Shown one piece after another: positions 26,701 through 40,256 of a stretch of DNA of 64,000 nucleotides. Source of the DNA: Phoronis australis (Eukaryota; Animalia; Phoronida); NCBI GenBank assembly GCA_002633005.1, contig NMRA01000152.1, positions 422,594-486,593 of the forward strand. The letters run 5' to 3'. The position numbers and the translations under genes are program-made. How positions within the stretch are numbered: position 1 is the first letter of the stretch; each line of letters opens with the position of its first letter. The notes beneath the pieces are model-generated. The model was not told the DNA's origin and did not search any database. It worked only from the letters and a program-made list of their open reading frames with translations.

Positions 26701-29700
26701 TAGGCAAACGCAACTTGTGTTTCATTCAGGGTAAACATTCACTGGTACGCCTCTCTGTGTTATGCGTCCGCTTTGATTTGCTCATCACAAAATCGCACGC
26801 TTAGCAACCTGCACACCAATTAAGATCCTCACAACATGCTGTATGCAGAGATAAGCTGGTTGCTAAGAACATTTTCGTGCCATTTTTGTGCAATAATGAA
26901 TTTCTTTGCCTTCATTGAATGAGTAATTAGTTGCTGGCATGTTTCATCAGTCATGCTTCTGGGTTAACAATGATTTCATCTGCCTCTCAAGTGAATAATC
27001 CATCACAATAACTTCAAGGTATTCCCCCAGGCATGTCTGGAGCTGCTAAATAAATAACAAGGTGTGAAATTTTACAGAATGGTCTATCTATAGGTATCAG
27101 TCCTATCTGACTATATGCCCTCCAGGACTTATTACGCTTGGTTAACTGATCCAGTGAAAACACTAGATTCATGACAGTTCTTCCCAGCATTAAATGTTCA
27201 TGGAAATCACAGGTACCATAACCACCCGCCGTTTCTGCACTCAATCAAACCTATACAGAAGATATATGCATATAAAATACAATTTGTCATCGTGTTGGTT
27301 GAGAAACGCTGTTGCTACTGTACATCATTGTTGTGGTAGTCTCTTGGAAATTTGTTCCCTGATGTTCTCCGAGTTCTTGAAAATAATTATTGTTTTGGTA
27401 CTAGACAAGGGTGCACTAGGTACTATGTAAGTGCTAAGTGGAAAAGTTTAGAATTAATAACGCTGTAGCATTACTAAGTGTTCCCAGGAGTTACTTTCAA
27501 GGATTCTGTTTGACAGACAAGTGTCTTTCCCCAGTGCTTGTATTGAATTATTTTTTAATGCATACTATCAGTCTCATAAACAAAAGTAATTGAATTGTAT
27601 TGCTGGCCATTATTGCATGAGCCACACATAAATGAAATTAAGCCATTGTTAGTAGTATATTGACCCAGACCCCAGTCAGTAAGTGACTTCAACAAACTCC
27701 CATGACACTGGTATCTGTCCTTTAAACACAGAATAACAATACGAGATTTTTTGTTCATTATGACTCGTTACATTGAGCAATGCTCGACCGATCCCGCCTG
27801 TTACTGCAGACGGATCCCTGTCAGTTTTCTTTAGTCCATAACTTGTACAGTATTTATTAGAACGTTGGTTTTCAGCGGATCAGATTAACACTACCTGTGG
27901 CCCTGCTTATTTCATACTCACGTTTGTCTTTGTGGTGGTTCAGGTGTGGCGTTAGGTAAATTTCCGATATATAGTCCTTACGGGGAATACAGGGAGAAGG
28001 ATAAGTGATCGTTTGTTGCTTATGTTTAAGTAGTATAATTGTCTTGTTTGCCTTTGTTTGGATTGAAGTCTTTCTTCATAGATTTTTTGCACAATTCCAC
28101 CCTAAGTCTTTTTTAAGGTCGCTGTGTCAGTTTGCTTTTGACCTTACTTGTACAATAGTTTTTGAAGCTTTTTGTTGCTATCTCGTTAGTGACAATTGCA
28201 TGGTTATTGCAAATTCTTAGTATAGTATTTAAACATGTATATAGCATATTTTGTGAATGTTTTCTCTGTATAGCGACTTTTGGTTAGTGGTTTTTCTTTT
28301 TTCTTTCTGAATCAGTTTATGGTAACACAATAAAAACACTTAGCCGCGATGTAAAATCCTGTTTTAATTAACGTCCATCTGCGCACCCACTCTGCTGGTT
28401 GAGCTCCATGTTAATGCTGGCTTAGCATTATCGGTGATTTTTATCGGTTCAGTAGCACAGGTTGGTGATTTTTGTTGCCGACACCCACCTGGCACTTTCT
28501 TATAATCCTCCAGTAGTCATCTTACTGTTGGCCGATGTGACCACTTTCCTGTCACAAACTCATTAGATTGGCAACAGAATCCTTATGTTACTCTCTGGTT
28601 GGTAAAAATGAAGTATGTAACTGTGTTTAAGATGGAGACTGCTAATGACAGGAGAGATGTGGGACAGGGTTAAGGAAGTTAAGCTGCTTTCACTTTACAG
28701 TTAGTCCGAACTACGTAGTTCTTGATTGGAAGATTTTTCAAATGAGTATGAAAATTATCACCTATGGTCTCAAATTGTCTCCTTCATGAGACAATTCTTA
28801 TACTAACGTTTGAGGTTTTGTTAACCCAATGCATAAGCCAAAATGTAACTAATTGATTCACAAGTAGGGGTAATATGACATAAGTGGTCCAAGAGAACAC
28901 GCACTCGTCAACTGTCCAACTTTTAGCGAAACTGTCCTTCTTTTCGAAACGCAGCTAGATAGACGTTTCGTTATTGTGATTCTCCAGTCGATAGAGCCTC
29001 ATTTTAATTCAACTAATAATGAAAGCACTGTTGAGGCATTTTTGGGTGTTGCGCATGGACTCAGCTGTCCCACTTTATATCTGGATGTGACTGCTTTTTC
29101 AATCTTAGTCCCTTTTTCATTCTCAAATATTGGCAAGCATTTGATCATACATCTGTTTGTACATGTATAACTATCAATATGGAACTGTATTGTGGCTTCA
29201 CGGAAGAAAAACATTTAAACTGATTTTTTATGTTGTATGGTGTTGATTTTGCTGGCTCACTTTCCATTTATAGTGACCCCCATTTCCGAAAGTGCATTCA
29301 GGCTTGTATTTGGAATACTATTGACATTTCCCCGATTATATACACCTTCAGGAGCTTCAACTATCGGAAATTCCCGGTTCCAATAAAATAACGATGTACT
29401 AGTGTAAGGACAGAGTAACGTATTAGCTTGTTACTGAATTTACATATTGAGTACACTTTAGGAGACCCAAAAATTTCCAATAGATTGTTAATTTGAATGT
29501 TATCCACATTTGTATTGCTGGAGAATGAAGCTACGTTATCGTGTCTCATGAGAATGTCCTGCCAATTTGAAAGAAATCGTTAAACGTGACAAGTCTGGTA
29601 TTGCTGGAGAATGAAGCTGTATTGTTGCATGTTCTCTAGTCCTGCCATATCAAAATAGCACGCATGACAGAAAGCTAAAAATTTCAAGTTGCTTATTGAA

Positions 29701-30710
29701 AAACTATATACGTATAGAAGTCAAAACAAACGCTGGCCCTTAAACGTGTTCATCAGGCTGTGCTTGGGGCTTCTAGCTTAATTGCCTCTAAATTCATCAC
29801 CAAAGCACTCAACATTTGACTAATTCTGAAATTGCTCAAGTATCTTCAAAGGCAGATGTTGCTCTGTGTCATGTGTTATGCTTTCTGGCACACTCTCCTG
29901 TTTTAACGAGTTTGCCCATTTTTGAAAAGGACCCCTTGAGAGTGCCAGCCAAGCCATAATAATTACTAAAATTACCATGTTTTATTTCTCAGAGGATTTT
30001 GATTCATAATAAAGCTGAAAATGTTAGCAATTTAATACCAAGTGTTGTTTAGTGACACATGGCAATTTCAGTTAAAAATCAAAGTAAAACTTCCTGAACA
30101 GAAAATGAAATTTCCATTTTCTGTCATATTGTTTCCCAAACTGAAGAAGTTTTTGCGAAAAAGCTGCATCATTTTATTATAGAAGGTTGACTTGAAAGGC
30201 AGATGTCTCATGCTTGTGTCCCGTAGAGGGTCACACTCTCCTTCAATGGGTTTCTCAAGATAGCTTTCTAGTGAATTAAGATTCCTCTTGCGAGTAGTAC
30301 TCGAGCCATGGTTGGATTCACTTCAATGGCCTGCTGGAGAGTGGTTTCTGGTGTAGCGACATTACTTGTGGACAGTCTGGCCTCACGCACACCTCCCAAT
30401 TGTATTGTAGCTCCATCTGTCTCACTCTGCTTTATGTCTTCCTGATTGATGGAATTGATCCAACTACAGCTGAGTGGTATATCAATACTTTAGATTAAAG
30501 TAGCTGCCTCTACATTGTGCATGTTTTGTGAAAAAGGCTTTTATATGAAAATGAAGCTAAATGTTATAACTGTGATTGAAGTCTGCTATATAATACTGCG
30601 CTGTTCACTCTACATTTCCTAACACTCGTGACCGACGTGGAAATCACTTCAAATCTCGTTACTAATGACGAGTTGAAACAAGTTTTATGACTGCAGCAAG
30701 TGTGCCCATG

Positions 30711-30915
30711 ATCGACAATGTACCCAGCATCGACAATGTACCCAGCATCGACAATGCACCCAGCATCGACAATGCACCCAGCATCGACAATGTACCCAGC
30801 ATCGACAATGTACCCAGCATCGACAATGTACCCACCATCGACAATGTACCCACCATCGACAATGTACCCACCATCGACAATGTACCCACCATCGACAATT
30901 TACCCACCATCGACA
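30711..30915. repeat. 18-bp minisatellite (atcgacaatgtaccca[g/c]c) x11 plus a partial unit
   Basis: Direct tandem units without spacers; source of the periodic ORFs IDNVPS, MVGTLS and CRWWVH. Confidence 0.97.
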
Positions 30916-31746
30916 GTGTTCTGGATTTTTGTTGAATAAATGAGTATGCAGTGGCTTTACCTGTTTCAAGGAATTTGAGTCTCAGACACTGTAAGCAGCC
31001 TGTACTCAGGGCACATTCCGTTTCTTTAAACTGAGCAGCATTTGTTCAAAATCTTGCTTTTTGAACGCGGATAGTAACAAGGTGATGTATTGTAGAGGAA
31101 TTGACCTCGTGGTTGGGATGTTTCCTCTTTTGAAAATTAGTGGATTTGAAGCTGAAATGTACATCGCATAGTAATGAAATAACTAAATAAGATTTAATTT
31201 AATTCTACTCAGGAAATCGCAACATCTTAAGAGACAATAATTCTGAAATTTCTCATTGTGGAATGTCACTTGTCACAGGTAAACTCACTTTCATACGCCA
31301 AGTGAGTTAGTTTGTTATCGTTTGTGAAATTGTAGCTTGTCGTAGGTTGTACATTAGTACTGAAAGTTATTATTCTGTGTGCACATATGGATAGCACTCC
31401 ATCTACAGTAATAAATTAGTACAGACATTCTCTCTCGTCATTATTGTAAATGCCCAATATAACATTGCCTCTTGATTGATTTTCTCTCAGTTACACCATA
31501 AAAAAACCCCCAGGAAAATATGCATGTTTTATTAAATTGCATGCACTTTTGTAGAAATACCACAGAATTTATACGAAACTATACAAAAATATGGTGAAAG
31601 TGTTAAAAATAGGTACACTTGTGTTATGTGGATAAAGTCAAAAGTTGTCTTTTGAGAGAAGGCAGCAGTTCTTATATGGATTTGATTTATCAAAATAATT
31701 CACAATTGCCTTTTTGTGAACTTAAATGTCTTTTTCTCTTTTGTAG

Positions 31747-31979
31747 TCATTGTAATGGTCCTCAGTCTTCTGGTTTACCCTTTGGGTCTGGATGCCACAC
31801 TTATACAGTATTACTGCCCCAAGGCCAACATCTACCACCCGGGCGAGTGTCACGTGGGCTGGGGTTATATGCTGGCCATACTTGGCGTAGCTCTGTCACC
31901 GTTTTGCCCCTATCTCTCGCGGTTCATCAATTTCAAGATGGTAGATGACACAGATGATGAAGTTCCAGTGTTCGTGTGA
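31747..31979 (+). CDS. LHFPL7: LHFPL7/TMEM211-like, coding exon 2 (last)
   Basis: Strong polypyrimidine acceptor tctttttctcttttgtag ending at 31746. The phase-1 join gives ..CIA-V-IVMVLSLLVYPLGLDATLIQYYCPKANIYHPGECHVGWGYMLAILGVALSPFCPYLSRF..EVPVFV*, with the LHFPL motifs YP-x-G and C-x-x-GWGYM-x-AIL. 388+233=621 nt = 206 aa + stop. Confidence 0.85.
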
Positions 31980-32931
31980 AGTAGGATCTTCGGGGATGGT
32001 CTTCACCGCAGTCTCGATTTTTCGTCTTCAAGTTGACTGCAAAATGCAGGTGCTGAGAGGACCCTGGTGATGTGGGGTTCTTCTTGATTCAACTTTTAAA
32101 GATCACTACAGTGCACTGAAGCGCTGAGCCCACCGGCTGGTGATGTAGGTTCTTCTCAATTCATCAACCTCTGAAGATGAGGCCTCTGAAATCTGGTCCC
32201 GTGTTTGCGTGATGTCTCTTATAGCTTCTGAAGACAACTGACAAACTGTCGAACCATGTCTTGTGTTAATTGAAAAAGGACGTCAGCTTCACAGTTTTTG
32301 CACTCATGCAGGGCAGTTTGGCCACTTAACTGGTATTTAGGTCAGCCACACTGATAGACCTAGTGGTTGGATTGCTCAGTGGCTGACAGCACTTAATTAT
32401 TGAGATTTGAAAAGGAGCTTCAAAAAGCAGGACGATTTTGTCAGTATTCCCTAACCACTTATGAGATTTGAGGTAATTGTCTAAGGATGATCTTACTGAC
32501 GTACCTTTAATTAGGTTAAAACGGAAACAAGTCCCTTTTAAGGGCGTATTAAAGTACCTCGAATTTGAAACCAAACATTCTCCTGTGTAGTGAACATCCA
32601 ATCACGGGGAACTTCCCTTGTGACCAAGAGCCTCAGCTCACAACTGACAGAATTTTAATCCCAAATGAACTGGTAACCACTGGGGAGACATGAATTCTGA
32701 ATTGTCATGCCAGAGAAACACCTCAAAAGTTGCTTATGCAGAATGCACAGGCACCCGTGTCCCCTATCTAGAAGACACAGGCACATGTAGGCCCACGTGA
32801 GTGAGCGTGTGAATGAGGACCCTCGGATACCTGGTGTAGGGAAGGTGAGTATGGTGTCATGTGGTTGTAACTGCTGCCACTCGAGGAACTGGAAAAAACT
32901 GTTCTATGAAATTAAAATTTTTGTAGGCATA

Positions 32932-33357
32932 CAGTTGAACCATGTTAAAACACCCATCAAGGGACCTTCGAAACATGGCCTATACTGTAAATATTCTCCA
33001 ATTACTAGGGACAACTGAAAAATTAATTTGTTTGCTCAAAGTCGTAGCTTGTCCCAAATTGTAGAAATAAGGGAATTTAGCCATCCCAAATTGAAAATTA
33101 ACCACTGTGTAGATTGAAAGCACATTGTCCAAAATTTGAGAAATATGGTGAACACCAAAATCGCCCTTGTCCGAAAGGCCAACATTGACAAAATTCATGT
33201 TGTGGGAGTTTTTGTGTCCCAAACTCTAGAAACTGTCATTGGAGAGATAATTTGTTTTAACCAGGGAAGGTACATACGTTAAGTAACGTTAGACTTAAAG
33301 TTTGTACATTCTGTCGCTGTTAATGTTCTAGCTATGGCCTGTTACGAGGTTCAACTG
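32932..33357. mobile_element. Tc1/mariner (pogo/Tigger-like) non-autonomous element in the probable LHFPL7-like 3' UTR
   Basis: TA|cagttgaacc ... ggttcaactg|TA: 10-bp perfect TIR core with TA on both sides. Confidence 0.55.
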
Positions 33358-33843
33358 TACGAAGGAACAGGTTATTCTATATGAATATGTCAATCTCAAT
33401 ATGGCATGGAAAATATGTTGCAAACATTTTAAGTCTTGTCAGCACGCCATCTGTTGGCCACATCACAAGGTTATTCCGTAGCCACATTTTAATTACTCTG
33501 GTTGTGATTAATTCAGTTTGTGACGGTTTTATGTCTTGTTTTCTGTTGCTACTGTGCCGTTTGTTGAGCAATGACATTTTTGTTTGTTTCTGGAAGTTTT
33601 CTATCGTAAATGTAGGTTTCCTGGCTAGCAATGATCTCTCAAAGCATTAGTTTGATAAAATTGGACCATAACGTTGCAGTTATTCCGCTGAACAATTCCG
33701 CAGGCTGCGTGACATGTTTCAAAAATTATTTATTTATGCACTGTTTCAGTATTATCGTGTCTGGAAAATCATGTTTTAATTAATAATTCAATATAACTGA
33801 CTATCCTACCATATCTGGGTATAGTTCAGTTAGTAGCTGTCCT

Positions 33844-33966
33844 GCAGCGAGAAAAATCTAGCCAAAATCATGTGCTCTCATTGGAAATACTCGGCAATTT
33901 GTAACGCAATCTCGTGAGATCTTGCTTTTTAGTTAGGTACATAAGCATTATTGACCTCTACCCAGT
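33844..33966 (+). repeat. Dispersed repeat, copy 2, in the probable LHFPL7-like 3' UTR
   Basis: Colinear with 23627-23760. Confidence 0.7.
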
Positions 33967-34139
33967 TTATATACCGGTGTTCTTCAATTTTTAACCTCAG
34001 TGTAGAAGAGATGAACCAAGTTGGTGCTTACACTTAAAACTGACCCAAGGTCATTCACAGTCATCTGACCACAGTACAACCAGTTGAAACCTTTTTGTAT
34101 ACATTAAGTCAGTTTTGTGAACTGTTTGACTGCATCTGT

Positions 34140-34145
34140 AATAAA
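34140..34145 (+). promoter_or_regulatory. Candidate polyadenylation signal of the LHFPL7-like gene
   Basis: AATAAA about 2.2 kb after the stop, followed by T-rich sequence; a second AATAAA lies near 34322. Confidence 0.45.
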
Positions 34146-36201
34146 GTTTTACAAATTTCAATATTTGAATCATTTTTATATGAAATGAAGTTTTTATGTT
34201 AAATTTTTATTAACTGGCTTTCAAAGTTGTGACAGTGCACTGAGTATTAACATAATGGTTTGTTTACCACACAATTGAACAGACATGAAATTTCATTTCT
34301 CAAAAGATATGTATTGGATTAAATAAATGCATATTATATTTAAGTTCTGTATTGTGGCTGGTAACCAGACAGTATTTTGAGATATTGAGGGCCTTACAAC
34401 AATCTTGGAACCCTTTGAAAAATGGAAAAGTACAATTTAGCTATTCTTTTTGTCTGAAATTGATGAAATTTTACTACTAGGAGGTTTAGTTACCGAGGCA
34501 CCTTCATAGCATTATTTTATTCACTTGAAAGTTAGTGCCGATGGCAAAGTTACACTGTCAGTTGTTATTTTACTTCAGTATGTTTGTAATTTTCTGAATA
34601 TGAAATTGACTCCTTTTTGAACAACAGGAACACCTATGTTAGCTAACCCAACCCTCAAATATAAAAATTGTGGTTGGTCATCTTAAAAAATCAAGTCATG
34701 AAGTAGTGTTCTTACATGTACATGTTTCCCATTTAATATCAAACCTGGAATTCTAGAATTTTTCTGCAAAAGTTGCCCTCAGTTTTGTTTAAGTATAATT
34801 ATGCAATTATATTCAGAGATTGATTACAATTTGCAGAAGTACTCAGCATTGCCCCTTCCTGTGTTTAATCACATTGCCAACAAATCTCCAATAGGTGTCG
34901 CAAGTGAGATGGTTTAAGGAATGCAGGAATGTTAGCGCGCGACTTTTGTGATCTGAATCTGGCCATGCACACCATTATAGCTTGCAAGCCGAAATATTGA
35001 TAAGATCTAGCCAGCTGTCTGCGACCAGTCTGTCAGTAAACAACATAACGCAACCACTTAGCATTGGAAATTTGCTAGATTCAATTAATTTCTAGCATAA
35101 AAATCAGTTAGGAATGGTCTTTAAACAAAAAATACACATGCAATTAGTAATTATATTGATGTAATGATCTCAGCATGACCAGTGACTATTCAAGTAGGTC
35201 AATTTTGTTTTGGTTTTCTTCCGTAGATGCCAGGTGGCATGATTTTGTTATCTAATCAAAACGAAACTAAAGCAATAAGAAAATAGCCATAGGAACATTT
35301 ACGATAACCTTTCTAATTGTCATCTTCGTATTTTACTAATACAGGATTTTACCAGAGAACTAGTTGTTAATGATGCAATCAATGTATGGGTAATTAGTCG
35401 GAGCCAAGTGAAGCCTAGGGGCAATTTTGTTCGTGCTGTGTTAGGTATAATTGCACAGATAAGTTCAAACACAGATTTCAGATTTGGCTCTGAGGCTATG
35501 TAGGTTTTTGGTACATGCGTACCTTACTTGTGATAGTCTGTTGAGAAGTTTTACAAAAATACATTTTCCACCTGTCCACTCTATTGTCATTTGTGAGCCA
35601 AAGTTAAAGAGTTCGCTCTAATTCCAAATTATTTGCAAAATTGTTATATTCCGCCCTACATCTGGCATTGGAAAAAAAAAATGTAATTCATGCAGTCTCA
35701 TAACGAAGTCTGTACAATTTATCGCCTCGGTGGCAGTTACCTCTGACTGACGCACAAGAGACACTTGAGTAACCATGACAATTTAGTGAAATCTTTTTGT
35801 CATAAGCGTGTAAAAGATGGGAGATGAATCAGCCAAGAAACATGCTTTGAATTGATGAGTGGCCTGGGAATAATTAACTGAGCCCTGATTAATGGAACGA
35901 GCCACATCAAAGGGAAATTATGCTCGGCAGTCGCAGATATACCGTCGGATACATATTTCCAATTACATACTGGAATTGAGTCGATCCTCATTTTCTTTGA
36001 CAGTTTGTCTATAGAGACTGCACCAAGTTATCTGTTCAGGGGTGTATAAATTTAGAACAATTTCATTGGTTCATGCTCTCCACAATTGCAACCAAATTTT
36101 ATACAAGTTAACTAGAAATTTGACCACTGCTATAAGTTGCTGAAAATGTATCACTAAAACAAAAGACAGACTAACCAAATGATGTAACAATTAATTCCAT
36201 A

Positions 36202-36207
36202 TTTATT
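36202..36207 (-). promoter_or_regulatory. Candidate polyadenylation signal of NF1 (about 4-kb 3' UTR)
   Basis: AATAAA on the minus strand followed by GU-rich gtctgtcttttgtttt; an alternative AATAAA is at 36914-36919. Confidence 0.45.
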
Positions 36208-38571
36208 AGAGAACATTTTAGCTTACACCAAAATGACAGTTAACTTCATGCAATTTACAACAAATATGGCACCCACTGTGGCCGAATGGAAACCACCCAC
36301 AATAGTTGTTGGAGAACACGGGTAGCTGCAGGTCTCGTTACTTTGTACATGTGCCATGGTAATGTCTGAAAACTATCAAGAGGATGCAAAGCTTATGTAG
36401 ACCACACAACCTTAACATAAATAGACTTCGGTGTGTTCCACAAAAATCTAGAAGTAAGACTGATCTGCACCTTTGGCATTTCTTGATTCTTGGAGAAATG
36501 TGACGGCTCCAAAAAAATGCAACCACGTCAAATAGTTGCTCCGTTTCATGAAAGAAATTTGGTCTTGCCCTGCCACTTCACAATCAATGAATAAAGGTTT
36601 AGCTGTCACAAACTTAGAAATAATTCTTACAAATTATCAGAGTATGAGAATATTCTCAGATACTTTGTACAAAAATGAGTTTTAATGCAAAGCACAAGAC
36701 CAAATTTCTGACTTCTATTTTCATGAAACAGAACCCTAAAGTAAAAATGTCATGTCGTTATTACTTAAATTTCAGTTTCTTCGTAGGATTTTCCCCAACA
36801 CTTGATTCAGAATGTCAGCAAACTTTCATTGAAACTAATTATTTCAATAAAAATATAAAGTAAAACATACCAATTTTTTAATAGCTAGAGGTCACTTCAC
36901 CACGAACACTGTTTTTATTGCAGCTAAAAAATTTTTCGGACACAGCACACCAGACAAGTGGCCTTTCAGCTTGTCAAATTTCTCGTCAATTATTGAAATG
37001 AGAAGTTTTCACCTTGTATAGCAAGCACTGCTGTCACCAAAAAACATTTGCTTTAACTTGAGCATCTGCAACAACGAAGTGAACTTTTTTTATAAATTCA
37101 AAAATGTCGATGCTACTGCAGTTATTTTTGTCCCAAATTTGAAGAAATTTTACCAATATGCTCTACTGACTTGGCTATAGAATATCGAGAAATATCTGAC
37201 ATTTGCGTATTTTCAAAACTATTTAGCAACGTGAAATCCACTCTCCAAATGTCAGTGATTTGTGCATTTTTAAAATGGACTTGATGTTGCACAATACACA
37301 TTCAGAATTAAATAAATGCCAGGAACACCCTTTCTTCACTGCCAACTTCTCAAAGCAAACTACCAACTGCTGGTTGCCATCAGTTTAACTTCTCTAAGAA
37401 TACACATTGTTTCAGATTGCACACAGTTAAGCATTGATTGTAGCGAAATTGCATTCAGGTCAAAGGCTCGGAAAATAGATTACCAAAAAGTTTAAAATTA
37501 AACAATCATCGGGCAGGTCTAAAACAGTTGTCCTCGCCTAGTGGAGTACACTAAACATCTCGGAATAGCTCGTACGATATTCTTGATATTTTAAAACGCC
37601 ACGTAAGTGGAGAAAACTTCAAAGAAGGAGTTTGTGGCACAGAAAACCAGAAGAAAAATCTACCAGCCCAATAATGTAATCACGAAAAATGAAAATTAAC
37701 TCAATCGGAATGAAAAAGAATATTCGGCAAGATTAGTTCAAATATTAGCTTTTAAGGTAATCATCAACCTTATTGTATTTTTTTAAATGCAATATTCACA
37801 TTTTATAAAATTATACAGGATACTGATAACTTCTTTCACATTATTCATGCGTCAAATACGCAAGTTGTTATGGGTTGGCTTCAGTCGACAAGCATCAAAC
37901 CTTTACTGGCCATTTTGATGCATTTATAAACAGCTTTGAACATTGATTCCTACCAATTGTGTTGGTCAATTAGTACGAAATTCTGTGCACTGTTTACAGT
38001 CAGTGTGGATGAGGGAACCATCTTTCTGATTATTGGTTTTCCTCCTAACAAGGGAGATGTCGGCCAACCAAACCTGTCATAAGAAGTTAGTTCGATATAT
38101 CTGCTGTTTAAGGGTAAACATAACCTGAGCCTCATGCCCTGCATACTGACAGTAAGAGTACCAAGAAAGTCACCCCCTTAGTTTTTTAATGTTCAAAGCA
38201 CTAAAGGGCAATGTTCATAAAAACGACAGTCACATGATCATGAACAACTGTTCAATGTTTTAAGGCATGAATTACGATTTTTGAGTCCGCGAGGACTAAG
38301 AAAAAAATTATGTACCTTTAAGGGTTGAACATGTGAAGTTAAGCAGTTATTTGATGAAATTTGAACTGACATTTAGACCATGCTGAGGTGGCTTTAATTT
38401 GTATGCTTTCCTAGGTTACCGTATTCTATTTGAGAACCACAGCTTGACCAGGTCAGAAACACCTAATATACATATCCATGTACCATTCCTTATGTTAATT
38501 GTGGTAATTAAGTTAGGTAATACTGGACAGAATTTCCAGTTGGGTTCAGGTGAATGTCTTGCTCAAAAAGA

Positions 38572-38681
38572 GGCAATAATCAGCTGTAACGTGCCCACAT
38601 TTTGAGAACCACTGTGATGTGGGTTACTCAGTAGAGAAAACTGGTTCTCAAAATGCAGGCACGTTATATCCAACTATTACC
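38572..38681. mobile_element. 110-bp foldback MITE with GG-ended 40-bp TIRs and an 8-bp TSD (Merlin-like)
   Basis: Arms 38572-38611 and 38642-38681 are 32/40 complementary; flanks caaaaaga / caaaaagg. GG termini with an 8-bp TSD fit the Merlin/IS1016 superfamily. Confidence 0.6.
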
Positions 38682-40256
38682 CAAAAAGGGGCAATTGGTA
38701 AAAAACTAATCCGAGCTTAATCCTACAACACAGGTCTTTGATGGAACAGATATTTACAAGGGTATCAAAAATATCTTTAACGAAGGCCTAATGCCTTTAA
38801 TCTGGGTTAATAAATTATCAACGATAATCACTTCATCTACGTAAAGCACCATTAAGACAAATTCAAAGCCATAGTCACTGACCAACAACACAACATTATC
38901 AATAATACCACTACACCATAATAAACTGTGCAGAGTCATAATGCCATTTTTAGTACAAAAATATGATAGCGACGCATGTAGAGGAGAAATGTCAACCGTA
39001 ACTTGCATCTTAACACTTCTTATCTCCATCTTACACTTTCAAGTCAAATTTCATATCAAATGCAACAGAAAATAAATTAATTCACTGCGACCTGTTCAAT
39101 CTCTCAGTTGCTGCCATGGTGATGATGTAGCATTGAATAAATGTACATCTTCAACTTAGAATTTACATTCACAGCTTAGCAAATTTGCTACATGTCCATG
39201 AATGCAAATTACACATTGAAGCATTGCCAGGGCCCAATTTGTTTAAGTTGCGTGCTTGACAACAACGACATCATGCATCGCATTACAATAGACCTTATAC
39301 ACAGTTGCCATTTTAAAAGTCAGCCTCTTTTTCGGTTTCAAAAACAATGCATCAGAATGCATTGCTTTTTTAACCTAAAAAGGCTCACTTTTAAAAAAGG
39401 CAACTGTGTGAATAAGGCGCATAGTTGAACAATGTTGTTGACATGGGACCAATATGTTAGATTCAACACTATTAAAGACAAGCTTCACAGAATAGATTAG
39501 GTTTAACACTTCCGTTGCATGGCATTTTTACAGAGAATATGTCTGCACATCATCGTCAGATTTATAATACATTTTTGGCCATCATATGCTACATAAAAGT
39601 GACCAATAATTTCTCTTGTAAACCACTCTTGCTTCATAATGCTGAACTTTTACAAGCCAGTCAGATGGGTGATAGGACAGACCAACTTTTAGTCTCGTGC
39701 ATTTTCATAAATAATATCATTCGCTCTAGAAAAGATCAGTGAAATGTGGAACACTATTTTTTTCATCTCAATTTCAAGTGCACATATATGTAATAGCATA
39801 TATAGCATAGTTTTACACCAGAACATACTTCTGACAAAAATAATTGACTGAACAAATAAACAACTTGGCATGATCAAACTGTGAAATCCACAACATTTCT
39901 CTTGACTGGCAAGATTGTACATTCAAATCCATCACATTGGCAGACGACCCGAATGAAAAGCTACTCTAAATTACCATAAAGTACTAATCTCACAATGCTT
40001 ATCTTCTCAGTCAATGTTTTAAAGCTGTTCCACCTCTGCTATAACTGCACGACAGGCGAAGATGTGAATTACTCAAATCTGCCACATTTGCAACAGCCTG
40101 TTTGGCTTGTACAGTTTTCTTTTAATCTTTTTCTTAAGGCTTGCAAAACTCAACTTAAGCTGTTCGTCTCTGGCAACACCACGACCTAGGATGCATATAA
40201 ATCTGACATGTTTGCGACTTAACAAAACATCGTAATGCATTGACGAACTAGTGAAA

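Noticed and set aside
29512-29690. 21-bp direct repeat gtattgctggagaatgaagct at 86-bp spacing
   Set aside because: Only two copies with similar downstream sequence: an old tandem duplication, not a repeat-spacer array.
30662-30969. Repetitive ORFs (IDNVPS, MVGTLS, CRWWVH) or a CRISPR-like array
   Set aside because: Pure 18-bp tandem repeat with no unique spacers and no cas genes, in a eukaryotic intron; the open frames are a by-product of the unit sequence.
8868-31746. Nested genes in the long intron, by analogy with genes nested in vertebrate NF1
   Set aside because: No ORF over about 95 aa and no recognisable domain or coherent exon chain; very small exons cannot be excluded by eye.
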